Part shown: one piece after another, positions 1 to 12,862 of the stretch
How positions within the stretch are numbered: position 1 is the first letter of the stretch
Layout of the letters: each line of letters opens with the position of its first letter
Assembly (NCBI RefSeq): GCF_963676685.1
Contig: NC_092344.1
Coordinates: 37,634,001 to 37,698,000 of the forward strand
Reading direction: 5' to 3'
DNA from: Mytilus edulis
Lineage: Eukaryota
Length of the DNA: 64,000 nucleotides
Notes under the pieces: generated by a model
The model's input: only the letters and a program-made list of their open reading frames with translations
Told to the model about the DNA's origin: nothing
Database searches by the model: none
Program-made: the position numbers and the translations under genes

Positions 1-406
1 TAACAGGATATAATTTAGTTGTTTACATGGTCAGTGGGAGTGGGTGGAAAATTTTCATAATAATGTAATATCGATACCGGACATGATATTAAATATTTCC
101 GGTGTCATAAAAAATCCTAGAAAGTTAAAAGTGTAATTGACATTAATGACACAGATGATTTGTATTTATTCAGTAACACTATCACTTTACTAAGAATCTA
201 TTTTCAGATCTAATCAACATTTTATTTTCATATTTTTTTTTTTTAAATTCGGAATTGATATCGCCCGAACACGACATCTGACTATACTATCTCTTACATC
301 ATTCTCACCAATGCGTTTGTGTAGAGTATGATTTTGTATTAAAAATAAAAGCACTATTGTAATTCAGAACTAATTATATTTTTGTAAACAAGACCGAAAT
401 GTGACA

Positions 407-414
407 ATGGATAT
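407..414 (+). CDS. Putative first coding exon (ATG GAT AT|gtaaga) of the CUB-like membrane protein gene
   Basis: acaATGGATAT is followed by GTAAGA. Its phase-2 end joins the first G of exon 2 to form ATG. It lies just downstream of a patch with several CpGs and a TTCCGG motif (1-400). Confidence 0.55.
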
Positions 415-3400
415 GTAAGATTTTTTGCACTATATTTGATTAGAAATACAAGTTTAACCATATACTTTTCTTAAGTACAAGATTTGGATATATTCTAAAG
501 CTAAATTAATGTACCAAATATACCATATATCAGCATAGTATTCCATCAAATCCTTGATTCCATCAAATTGTGTTTAGGTCAAGGTTGATAAGGATTGGTA
601 AACAATATGTTTGTAATATGAGGCAGGTATTACCTGTGAATGGGGACGAAGATTGTTTAAATTAATTTTTTTGTAACTTAAATATTTGTTAAAAAAAAAT
701 TTCTTCCGATTTTGGTTCTGTTGTTATAGTGTTTCCTGCAGCTTTTAAAAAGGGCAGGGTAATTGTTAGCTCAGAGGGCACATTAAGCGCGATGGACAAC
801 AATTTTAGGGCACTAACTATAAACAGGCAATTTCTATAAAATGGATTCATTTAAAACATACTAGTTTAATGCTATAAAAAGGACATATACATATGTAATC
901 AATCAGTAAAACAAATGTTAAACAAGAAAAAGTGTATATATGAAATATTTAAAACAATAAACACAATTTAGCTAGCTAGCTCTAGCTAGAATTCAAAAGG
1001 GGCAGGGTGCCAGTTTTTACTGTATAGGTTGTTGTTTTTTTAAATAAAGATGCATTTCAACTATAGTCTTTATGTCATTGTTTGTGTAGTTATGTATAGT
1101 ACATCTTCATCAACATACAATTTTTATTATGTTTTTATAGTTTAACTACACTCTACCCATTTTCCAAAGATTATGGTTTGTTTAATTTTATATAAGAATT
1201 TCAACTTTTATTACAATATTAAGAAGTTTTAATGTCATTTACTGGCTATGCAGCCAATGCACGGTTGGAATTTATTCAACTCTGGGCAATTCAAATTTGA
1301 TAAAGTTTAGAACATGGATTGCTAATAAAAAGTATAATTATAAAGTAGAAATTGCAATATTTTTTTCCCAATATGTTCAAAGACAGTTAATATCTTTAAG
1401 GTAACATTATTATGGTATTATATATTCAATTGGTAATTTATTCCTTATTTTGGTACTAGATAATATTTTTAGAGCACAAATTTGTAATAGGCTAAAACAG
1501 GGGAAGTAACTCCGAAATCAATTTCCACCACGTTTGCGTTAACTGTGTTCGAGATGGAAGGCATTTCTGTAACGGCATAGTTTTATTTTGATTTCAATTC
1601 AATTCTAAAGTCATGAAAGTCTTCATTTATACACTCCTCCATTGTGACTTGGAGATCGAAAATGCCGACCCAAGCCAAATACACTCGCTGACACATTCAT
1701 CAAAAGTATGACAAAAAGATACATTGTCCTAATTAAATTACTTAGTTATTAACACCTTTGAAGTCTTTATAATTGTAATTGATTGTAATGACATGATTAA
1801 CCTGGGGGCAATCACACAGGTATCATATGTAATTAACTTGTAGATCAGAAATCCATAAATAAAAATTTCACCAAAACGGCACAAGATAATTTTTGGAAAT
1901 GACGTCAGGGCAGAAGGGCGCTGATGAAGGCACACAGACGATAAAGGCATGGCGTCTAGAATTTCGACAAAATTAGGGCAGGGCGCCAATTTTTTTTCCC
2001 AAAAAGGGCAGGGCGTCGAGAAATCGCGGCAGGGCGCCATTACACGCCAAAACCACCTGTAGGAAACACTATGTTAGGGATTTTACTTGTGACGTTATTT
2101 AAGTTATGACGTCATGTTCAATGTAAACAAAGAAACGCAATGCATCAGGTAACGTTTATTTATACCCAAGACAAAGAAGGAATAAAAATGAAATATTGGT
2201 ATTGTGTTCCTTAAGTTCTTATATTTTACTAGACTAATCAAAGTCTCACGACACCAAGAGCGGAAGAAGGAAGTAGATTTATGTGTTCTGGGCAGATCCT
2301 GTAATAAAAAAACGCGACAAAAAAAAAATTGAATGATTTTGAGTTCATTAGTACAATAAAAAATTCAGGAAATTTTCCCGATTTTTTTTATTTATTTTTT
2401 TTATTGAATTTTCTACTGTAATAGGGGACTTCGTCCCCATATTATTTTTTTATGAGACTAGAAATAAATTGTAGCAATAAAATGGATTTTTCAATGCTTT
2501 TTGTTTGTCGTTTTATACTGAGACTTCTACAACAGATATAATTTAGTCACATATCAAAAGTGAAACTTCACCTGTTCATACACCTTATCACTAATCCCCG
2601 ATGACCCGGTCGCTTGAACTTTTGATGCATACAACAATCACTTTTCCATTGTGGTGTCAGATATTTTGTTTTGTGACATCAAAATTATACAGGAACGTGT
2701 GTGATATTCAGTAATGGTGGACAAATAGCGATAAGGTGTATTGTGAAGTCATCTGAGTTAATTCAATATCTGACTATCAGGTCCTTTTGCTCCATAAAAC
2801 ACATTCTCACCACACACATTCTGCCCTTGAGTCTGTTCTCACTCTATAGTATTTTTTTATTCATATGCTGGTTGAATTGGAAGATATTTTTTTATTGAAT
2901 ATAAACATCAAATGTATATTTATATTTTTATGAATGGAATTCATCAATTTTAAATGAAATATTTTTTTGTGAATATATGATTACCGGTAATTGTTAATTA
3001 TCACGATTATGATTTCTTTAAGATACCGTTTTAAATTGGTATTTACATACATCCAAACGGTGACCTATAGATGTATAGTTGTTCATGATCATTTCTGTGT
3101 CATTTTGCATTGGTCTTGTGTGGAGAGTTAATGAGAATCATACCACATCGTCTTTTTGATACATTTGTAGGTAATATGGTATTCTTGTTATATTTTATGT
3201 AAAGTAAAATACAAGAAGTGCTTGGTAGGAGTAAAAAAAAAAAAATTTATAATATGAGGCAGGCATTACCTGTGAATGGGGACGAAGTTTGTTTAAATTA
3301 ATTTTTTTGTAACTTAAATATTTGTTAAAAAAAAGAAACAGAAATACCGTAACGTTTCCGATTTTGGTTCTGTTGTTAGGGATTTTACTTGTGACGTTAA

Positions 3401-6400
3401 TTAAGTTATGACGTCATGTTCAATGTAAACAAAGAAACGCAATGCATCAGGTAACGTTTATTCATACCAAAGACAAAGATAATTAAAAATGAAATATTGG
3501 TTTTGTGTTCCTTGAGTTCCTATATATTATACTAGACTAATCAAAGTCTCACGACAACAAGACCGGAAGAAGGAAGTAGAGTTATGTGTTCTGCCTAGAT
3601 CAGGAAATTAAAAAACGCGACAAAAAAAAATTGAACGATTTTGAGTTCATTAGTACAATGAAAATTTTCCCGATTTTTTTTTTTTATTGAATTTTCTACT
3701 GTAATAGGGGATTTCGTCCCCATATAAACAACATTTGTTTTAAAAAAAAACTCAAGCATAAAAAAGTGAAAAGGTAACTGAATTAGAGAAATGTATTCAA
3801 TGTTGGTTTCTTTTGTTCAGAGTTATATGTATCATTTTCAATGTTAACAAATTATAATTGCTATCTTCAGGTAATTTTTTTAAATTTCAGCTTATAAAAT
3901 ATTTGTTTATTATATTTTTTAGGTCTCAGAACTTATGTACGGCCTTGTGTAAATGGTTTTTATTATGGATAATTCTGCAAAAGTCATCATCAGTTGTAGG
4001 TGAAAGAGGTATGTTAATTTTAAGAAGATGCATATTTTAAACAATCATGGCAGTAAAAACGAAAAATAGCAAAAATACAGAACACTGAGGAAAATTCAAA
4101 ATGGAAATTAAAGTCCCTAATATGAAAGGGCAAAATCAAAAGATTAAACACATCAGAGGACTGAACAACAACTGTCATATTCCTGACTCGGTAATGGCAT
4201 TTTCTTATGTAGAAAATGGTGGATTAAGCCTGGTTTTATAGCTAGTTAAACATTTACTTGTATGACAGTCACATCAAATTACATTACGTTAACAAGGAAT
4301 AGCTTCAAGTATGTATACATGCCTTAAAGGGACCTGGATATACAATATCCACATTTTAGATTCTTAAAATTATCATGATGATGACCATTAGCAAAACAAA
4401 ACTAAAATGTCATTTTAACCCTTAAACTAAATTGCTACTATGCATGCATTTTATGTCTTAAATTGTTCTATGAAAACATCTTGAAGAAGAGGTCTGTGCG
4501 TATAGTTTATGTCATGTATGTCCATGTAAGCAAAAGCATCTGATACATGAAATTTTTTTAAAAATCCACTAACACCTCTAACAGACTTGTTGTCTGCTCT
4601 TATCTTAGGTTGTTGTCTGCTCTTATCTCAGGTTGTTGTCTGCTCTTATCTCAGGTTGTTGTCTGCTCTTATCTTAGGTTTTTGTCTGCTCTTATCTTAA
4701 GTTTTTGTCTGCTCTTATCTTAGGTTGTTGTCTGCTCTTATCTTAGGTTTTTGTCTGCTCTTATCTTAGGTTGTTGTCTGTTCTTATCTCAGGTTGTTGT
4801 CTGCTCTTATCTTAGGTTTTTGTCTGCTCTTATCTTAGGTTTTTGTCTGCTCTTATCTTAGGTTGTTGTCTGCTCTTATCTCAGGTTGTTGTCTGCTCTT
4901 ATCTTAGGTTGTTGTCTTTTTGATATATTCCCAATTTCCATTCTCAGTTTTATTGTGTAATATATATCAAAAGTACATGTACAAATAGGTTTTAACATGG
5001 TTAACAACAACACTCTGCATGTACTACATTTGCATTGGTTTTCAAACGACTGCAAAATTTTTGCGGTCGTATATTGGTATGACGTCGGCGTCGTCTTCGT
5101 CCGAAGACATTTGGTTTTCGCACTGTAACTTTTGTATAAGTTAATAGAAATCTATGAAATTTTAACACAAGGTTTATGACAACAAAAGGAAGTTTGAAAT
5201 TGATTTTGGAAGTTTTGGTCCCAACAGTTTAAGAATTAGGGGCCAAAAAAAGGGTCCAATAAGCATTTTTATTAGTTTTCGCACAATTACTCTAGTATAA
5301 GTAAATAGAAATCTATGAAATTTTAACACAAGGTTTATGACAACAAAAGGAAGTTTGAAATTGATTTTGGAAGTTTTGGTCCCAATAGTTTAAGAATTAG
5401 GGGCCAAAAAAGGGTCCAATAAGCATTTTTCTTAGTTTTCGCACAATTACTCTAGTATATAGAAATCTATGAAATTTTAACACTAGGTTTATGACCACAA
5501 AAGGAAGGTTGGGATTGATTTTGTGAGTTTTAGTACCAACAGTTTAGGAATAAGGGGCTAAAAAAGGCCCCAAATAAGCATATTTTTTTTTGGTTTTCGC
5601 ACAATTACATGTATAACTCTGGTATAAGTAAATAGAAATCTATGAAATTTCAACACAAGGTTTATGAACACAAAAGGAAGGTTGGGATTGATTTTGGGAG
5701 TTTTGGTTACAACAGTTTAGGAATTAAGGGCCTAAAGGGTCCAAAATTTAACTTTGTTTGATTTCATCAAAAATTGAACTATAGGGGTTCTTTATATGCC
5801 AAATCTAACCGTGTATTTAGATTCTTAATTTTTGGTCCCATTTTCAAATTGGTCTACATTAAGGTCCAAAAATTGAATTCTTGGGGTTCTTTGATATGCT
5901 GAATCTAAAAATGTATTTAGATTTATGATATTTGGGCTCAGTAATCAAATTGGTCCACAGTGAGGTCTAAAGGGTCCAAAATTGAACTTTATTTGATTTC
6001 ATCAAAAACTGAATTCTTGGGATTCTTTGATATTCTGAATATTACCATATATTTAGATTTTGGATATTGGAATACTACAAAGGGATGGTAAGAATTCTCT
6101 TTGGGAGTTATGGCTCAAACCATTAAGAAATAAGGTGCAAAAAAGGGGGGAAAAGGGTTTCCAGGTAAATGGACAATTACTTAAGTACAAAACATAATTT
6201 AAAAGCAGTGTAAGGTTGGTAATTGAAACTTATTTGAATATCTCACCTAAATTGCTTTTAAATTATGTTTATTGGAAATTTGCCAAAAACTTTATTATTA
6301 ACAAATTCCATTGGAAATTTGCCAATAACTTAAGTTTAATGAACTTCATTGGAAATTTGCCTATATAAAATGTTGCTGATGAAGCTTTTTTGTTTATCTC

Positions 6401-9400
6401 CCCTAAACTGCTTTTAAATTATGTATATTGGAAATTTGCCAATAACTTTAGTTTAATAAACTTCATTGGAAATTTGCCAATATAAAATGTTGCTGATGAA
6501 ACTTTTTTGTTTATTTTTAGCCATGATTATTATGTCATTTTCTAGTTTAATAGGGTTCAAAAACTTATTTTTGATTCTAATAAAAATTGAACTTTTGTCC
6601 AAAATTAAACATTGTTTGATTTTCATCAAAAATTGAACTATTGGGCCCTGCGTAGCATCTGGTTTTAATAATAGTTGTTTTCTTTATTTCAGTTTGGATG
6701 GACGATGAAACTATGTGCAAGAAGAAAACCGCCATATTTGTATATGACGGAAAACCTTTTTTCATTCAGGCCAAAGAAGGAAATAAAGATGATCCACCAA
6801 AGATTTACGATTGTGAATTAATTGTTGGTCCATTTGATGAAAACAGATCATTAGTTGTTACGTTTATATCCTTTTATATCAAGACTTGTGCTGTTAGAGT
6901 CGCCATCTCTGAAGGGATATCATCGACAATGATGCATGAAAAATCCTTAGTAAGTTCAAATCTTTTAGTAAGTGTACATTTTATTGATAGATTTGTGTTT
7001 AACATCACTTTCAACACTCCCATTGCCCCGAATTATAGTTGAATCAATTACAACCAATGCTTTATTGACAATGCAATATTTAATTTAACTTCCAACTTTG
7101 ATAAATTAGCACAATCTTTACCCTTCAGTGCTTACAAGCACTTTGATAATTAATAATTTTTCAAGGATTTTTGATTTAGTGGTTTTCAAAAATTTGTTAG
7201 CATGCAATATAGAAATGTTGGTCTTTATTGACCAAACAATAATTGTGGTTCACTTTTACCTATGAAGTCCATGAAATTTGGTGTCCTACAAGTAATAATG
7301 AATCTACAGTATTAAAAACTATTTATCATGTATCATTTTGTAAGGAAAATACAACTATAGCATGAGGGAATGTATTAATCACCAAGGACTTTCTTTTTCT
7401 TCTTCAGAAAACACTTGATTGTAATACTAAAGGCAAAGCAAAAGACCAATCTTTTAGACTTTCCAAAGAGAATACCTATTTGAGATTTTATTTAAAGACA
7501 GATAATCCAAGTGATCTCAGATACAATTTCATATTAAATATAACTTCAGGTGAGTTAAAAAAATAGTCTGATGGTAAAACATTTGAGATGAAAGATATTG
7601 AATAATAATCTTACTTTTGAAACCTTTTGTCTATTATTAATTGGTCCAATATTTTATTCAAGGACTTCAAGGATATTTTTTTTTATTGGAGGAATCATGT
7701 TTTGGTAAATTTTTACTGTGAACATTATTTGACAAAAATATTTAATTGCAATAAATTTGTTTATAGATATAAGAAGATGTGGTATGAGTACCAATGAGAC
7801 AACTCTCCATCCAAGTCACAATTTGTAAAAGTAAACCATTATAGGTCAAAGTATGGTTTTGCATATGCAATCGTTTTATATCAAGTTTTTTGTTTATTCA
7901 CCGCGATACCTTGATGGAAGACTAAAATATGGACTGAAATTTTCCATACAAGTCATACAATCTTTCCAACGTTGATTTTGATCACTTTAATTCCATGTTT
8001 GGTGCTGATTTTAAGGTGGTACATAACACTATAGGGAGATAACTAAAAATCAGCTGACCATTTTAATTAAATTCTATTGCTACGGAAATATAAAGATTCA
8101 CAATGATCAAATTAAGTGTTTGTCAAACTGCTACAGTAAAACCTGTATAAACCGGCCGGCTACGGGACTATGAAAAAGAGCCGGTTTGGACAGTGAGCCG
8201 GTTTATTCAGGTTTCAGTTTTGACCGGAAGTTGATTACTTGTGACGTCCGACATTTTGCATGTAAAAGTTAAAATAATTTCACTTCGTTTTTCCTTGTTT
8301 GCATTTGCATCATAATGCTCGCGTTGTTTGAATTGTAAGACGAGAATTTCGATTTACTCACATGATCAATAATTTGAAATGTTGGAATGGCCGATTAAAA
8401 AGCCAGAATATTATCAAACGTAATTTTATCACTTCCAAAACGTTGTCGTACAGTGTAAAATATCCATTGATTGTTGTCATCCGGATGTTTTTCATTATCA
8501 AGGTCATTTGTTTAGGGGTTCACAACAGGGAACCCAGAATTTCGAAATCACGATGTGAATTTCTTACTCCGCGATTTAAATTTGTTTCTCCAAGTTAAAA
8601 CGTAAGTTCAATCCGAGATATATTCGGTGTTTTTTCGTTTAATTGACACGTTTATAATGTTTTGATACAGCTCACTACTGTACAATTTTAGGTTCACAGT
8701 TTGACACCTGACTAATTGATTATCACGAAAAACCATATCGTATAAACAATTATGTTTTGATTGCATATTAATTGAACAAACCGGTTTAGACAGGTAATAA
8801 TTAATGTAATTAAGAGTATTGGGACTTCATAATTAGACCGGAATTCGGAATACACAGGGTCCGGTTTACAAAGGGTATTTTAACAAAGACTTTGAATGGA
8901 AAAATAAGGGACTTTCATTTTCGGCCGGAATGGACAGGAAACCGGTTTATTCAGGGTCCGGTTTAATCAGGTTTGACTGTATATATTCAATGATATTTTT
9001 CCAATAAAGTACGGTATGTGGTTCAAGTTTTTTAAATTTTTTATTATTTGGTCATCATGGTCATATTTTTGTTTGTGCTGAAATCATTACAAATATATTG
9101 CTATGTCAATTTATTTAAAAAATATTTATCCCCGTCTTAGTATATATCTAGGATTTTGATTGGTTAACGCACGTTGTTACAAAACCCATAGCCCCTGGGT
9201 GTTGCTAACCCATATCCCCGGACGTTGCTAACCCTTATCTCGGGGATCTTCACGCACGTTTTTCTTCGTTCCATGATTGCTCCTTGTGAAATATTGAATT
9301 CTGTAGATTATCCATGATGTTTGTAATTAAATATTTCATTTATTAATGAGTTTGTCCTATTATGCCGATCATTTACACTCATTTCATTAAATGCATAACT

Positions 9401-12400
9401 TGACTACCACATTTTCAAGGAATGGAACTACTGGCCTAGCTATGCAAATGACCCACGTTGACGCCAAACCATCTATGATGTAGCTCTCACAACATTGAGC
9501 GCCAAATTTGACTCAATCCTTTTTCTCTGTCTCCGTATTAAAAACGTCTTATATTTGACTACCTGTAGGGTTCTTTCAAAGGTAGTACCCTACACCCTGT
9601 AAAAAATATGTAAACTATGATTTCCAAATTTCAATAAAACTTTTTTAGATAATGAAAAAAATGTTGGTTCCACGTTTACACTTTGTACTCGAATTTCCAT
9701 AAAACTCACCTGATTCGGACTAAGACCGGGGATAAATTCGTTATCTGCGTTCATATCCGTAGATATGGATATTTTAACACCTTTCAGTACCCTGTACACC
9801 CATTCGGCTACGCCTCATGGTGTACTGGGGTACTTCAGGGTGTTAAAATATCTGCTGTTGTTTTTTTCTATGGTCGGGTTGTTGTCTCTTTGGCACATTC
9901 CCCATTTCCATTCTCAATTTTATATCTACGGATATGAACTTAGATAACTTATAATATCCCACATTGTAAAAGAGAGGCAGATATTATCAATTGGACATAT
10001 AAGAGGATTGGAATGCCTTTTACTGTCGGGTGTCAAACAGTCATTTTCGGTTGACTTTGGTTCAAGTTAAAATTATACCGTGATTTGTCAAAATATCCTT
10101 ATTCTGATTTGTCAGAGGTCTCAAATAATTATGTTGACTGTTATTTTTGGAAAAAATTTAATGTGATTCATCAAAATCAGTCAATTTTTTCATTGTCTAA
10201 ATGAAAGTGTACATTTCTTACTGTTATTTGTAATGAAGGTACCCACATTAAGACCCTTATTTTAAAACTCATAGGTTGAGAAAAAATGACAACATTATGG
10301 CATAAACATAGACACAGAAATGAAAAACAAGCTCACAAAACAAACAGATGGGTAACACAAATTGGAACCCCTCCAAAAACTGCTGATTACATTTTTTGTA
10401 CAATAAAGACAAATTGAGTAAAGTCATACAAATAATATATAATAAATCAAAACATAAAATAACATAATATAATGTGTATATAAAATAAACTACCCTTAGA
10501 CATAATACATGTACATGTATAGCAAAGAAATGAAATGTTTTGAAAACTGATTTTCATTGAGATTCATTTATTACATCAGTACCAGTTCTATGGATTTAAG
10601 AACAAATGTATGTGTGTTTATTTAATATCATACTTTTTCCAAAGCTTGCTTAAACATTTATATCCACAAAATCAAAGAGAAATGGTACATAGGGCCCGAG
10701 AACACAGTTATTTCATAGTGCATTTCTTTTAGACAATAAATTCAAATTAAAAAAATCCCACCAGCTCTATCTCACAAAGATTTTTACAGTGTAGTGTACT
10801 ACTAGTGGGACAAATTTGTAGAAATATCTACCAGCTCTAACTCAAAATATTGACAATTCTGTGTTAAGGGGTCTAAAATTCAGTTTGACAGGTTCCGACG
10901 TATTAAAATTTGACCTTTTTTTAACTCGACCAATTCACTACTTAACATAAAGATTCAGCACCCAAATTTTTTTAACATTTTTTACACCCCCCTACTTAAT
11001 ATTTCATGCATTAAATATCAATAAATAAATTGGGGAAGTGAATCAACTAAAAAATATAAGTTATACACTGTTCACACCAGGGACAACAAAAACCAAAGGA
11101 CGATCAGTATGTCCTTGGACCATAGGGAATAATAAAGAATCCATGATATGACATTTATTTTATATTTTCAGTGCCGTTGAAACCAGAAGATGACAGTCAA
11201 TTGTCAGTAGGTGTAAAGATTGGAATAGCTATAATAAGTGTAATAGCTTTTGTACTTATTGTGTACTTTGTATTCAAAATTGTAAAACTGAGGATGTCAA
11301 TAAAAGAGGACTTTGATGTCTCACCGTCTGCCTCAAATCTGTATAACCTTCCTGGTAGTAATGCATCTAATGTGAATGCTTATGTACCTGTCCCAGGGAA
11401 GGAACCAGCTGCGAGACAAATAAGGGAACCAGGTGAGGAAACAAATTTATTTGTAGGAGAAATGATTTATTGTGTACTGGTAATACACTCTTCCTTATTA
11501 GCATTAATTGACCATGAAGTGTCACTAAACAAAGAAAAATTGAAAAAAAGAAGAAAAGAAGCAAAATATAATGGTATAAAAGCATCTATAATTGATTATT
11601 TTTATACAACCGCGAAAATTTTGCAGTCGTATATTGGTATCACTCAACGTCAGCGTCGTCGTCCAAAGACGGATGGTTTCCGGATATTACTTTAGTATAA
11701 GTAAACAGAAATCAATGAAATTTTAACACAATGTTTATAACCACTAAAGGAAGCTTGGGATTGATTGTGGGGGTTATGGTCCCTAAGGTGTAGGAATTAG
11801 GGCCTAAAGGACCCAAAAATAGCGTTTATCTAGTGTCAGAACAATAATTTGTGTATAAGTATTTCAATTGGTCTGTAATTGTACCACAATGTTTAATACC
11901 ATAAGCAGAAGGTTGAGATATATTTTAAGGGTTATGGGGCAAACAGTCTAGGAATAAAGGGCCAAAAAGGGGCCAAAAACAAACATTTGTGTAGTTTCAA
12001 GTCAATAAATTGGAGTTCTCTTTCTTTGTCCAGAATTGTTGTTGAATCACCTAAACCCAATGCTTTATATAATCTTCTTTGCAAATTGGAGTTATCTTTC
12101 TTCGTCCAGAATAGAAGTTGAATCAACTTAAATCAATGCTATATACAATATATACAATGCAATATTCACTTTACTACCAACTGATAAATTAAAGCAATAT
12201 TTACCATTCATTGATTACAAGCACTTAGATTACCATTCTAGGGTTATGCCCTTTTACAAGTGAAAAATTGAAGAATTTTTTAGTTTCTGTTCTCTTGCTT
12301 AAGTTTGTCTCAACTAAATTTAATGAAATGTGTATATAATGCTTATTACCTCTAAACTCAGTTTAAGTTCAATTTTTAGCAGCTTCACTTTTACAGTTCT

Positions 12401-12831
12401 TGAGTTATGTCCCTTAATAACATTATATGCTAGCAGGGCCATCATCTGTGTCCTTTTGGACACATTCCCTAATTTTTTTTATTAAGCTCAAACGTGTATA
12501 AAACAAGTTGGAAATTAAGAATATGGTGTAAGATAAAATTAGCAAAATAAGGGTACAAGTCTTACTGATTTGTCTGCAAAAAAAATTTACATTGTATTAC
12601 ACTTAATGCTTAAAAGTACATGTACACATAAATGGAAGAACACACTATCATGTAAATTCAAGAGAGATAAGGGGCCTTTGTCCACACTGAGGCTACACTG
12701 AGTTTAAACTGCTGCATATGGCAGGTGCGTTATACTTCAATCTTAATGTACTATGTTAGTTTTCCTGCTGAAGATCAATGATTCTCTTCAAGCATTCCAT
12801 CTTCCTTCACCAATAAAATCTAAATACCAAT

Positions 12832-12862
<31 letters not shown>

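Noticed and set aside
1738-2040. 100-aa ORF in the hAT-like insert as a transposase remnant
   Set aside because: It derives from GC-rich subterminal repeats and has no transposase motifs.
11433-11695. C-terminal extension of ORF 11171..11695
   Set aside because: It reads through the donor at 11433 into intron and a HINE-like element. The spliced form joins 13696 in phase.
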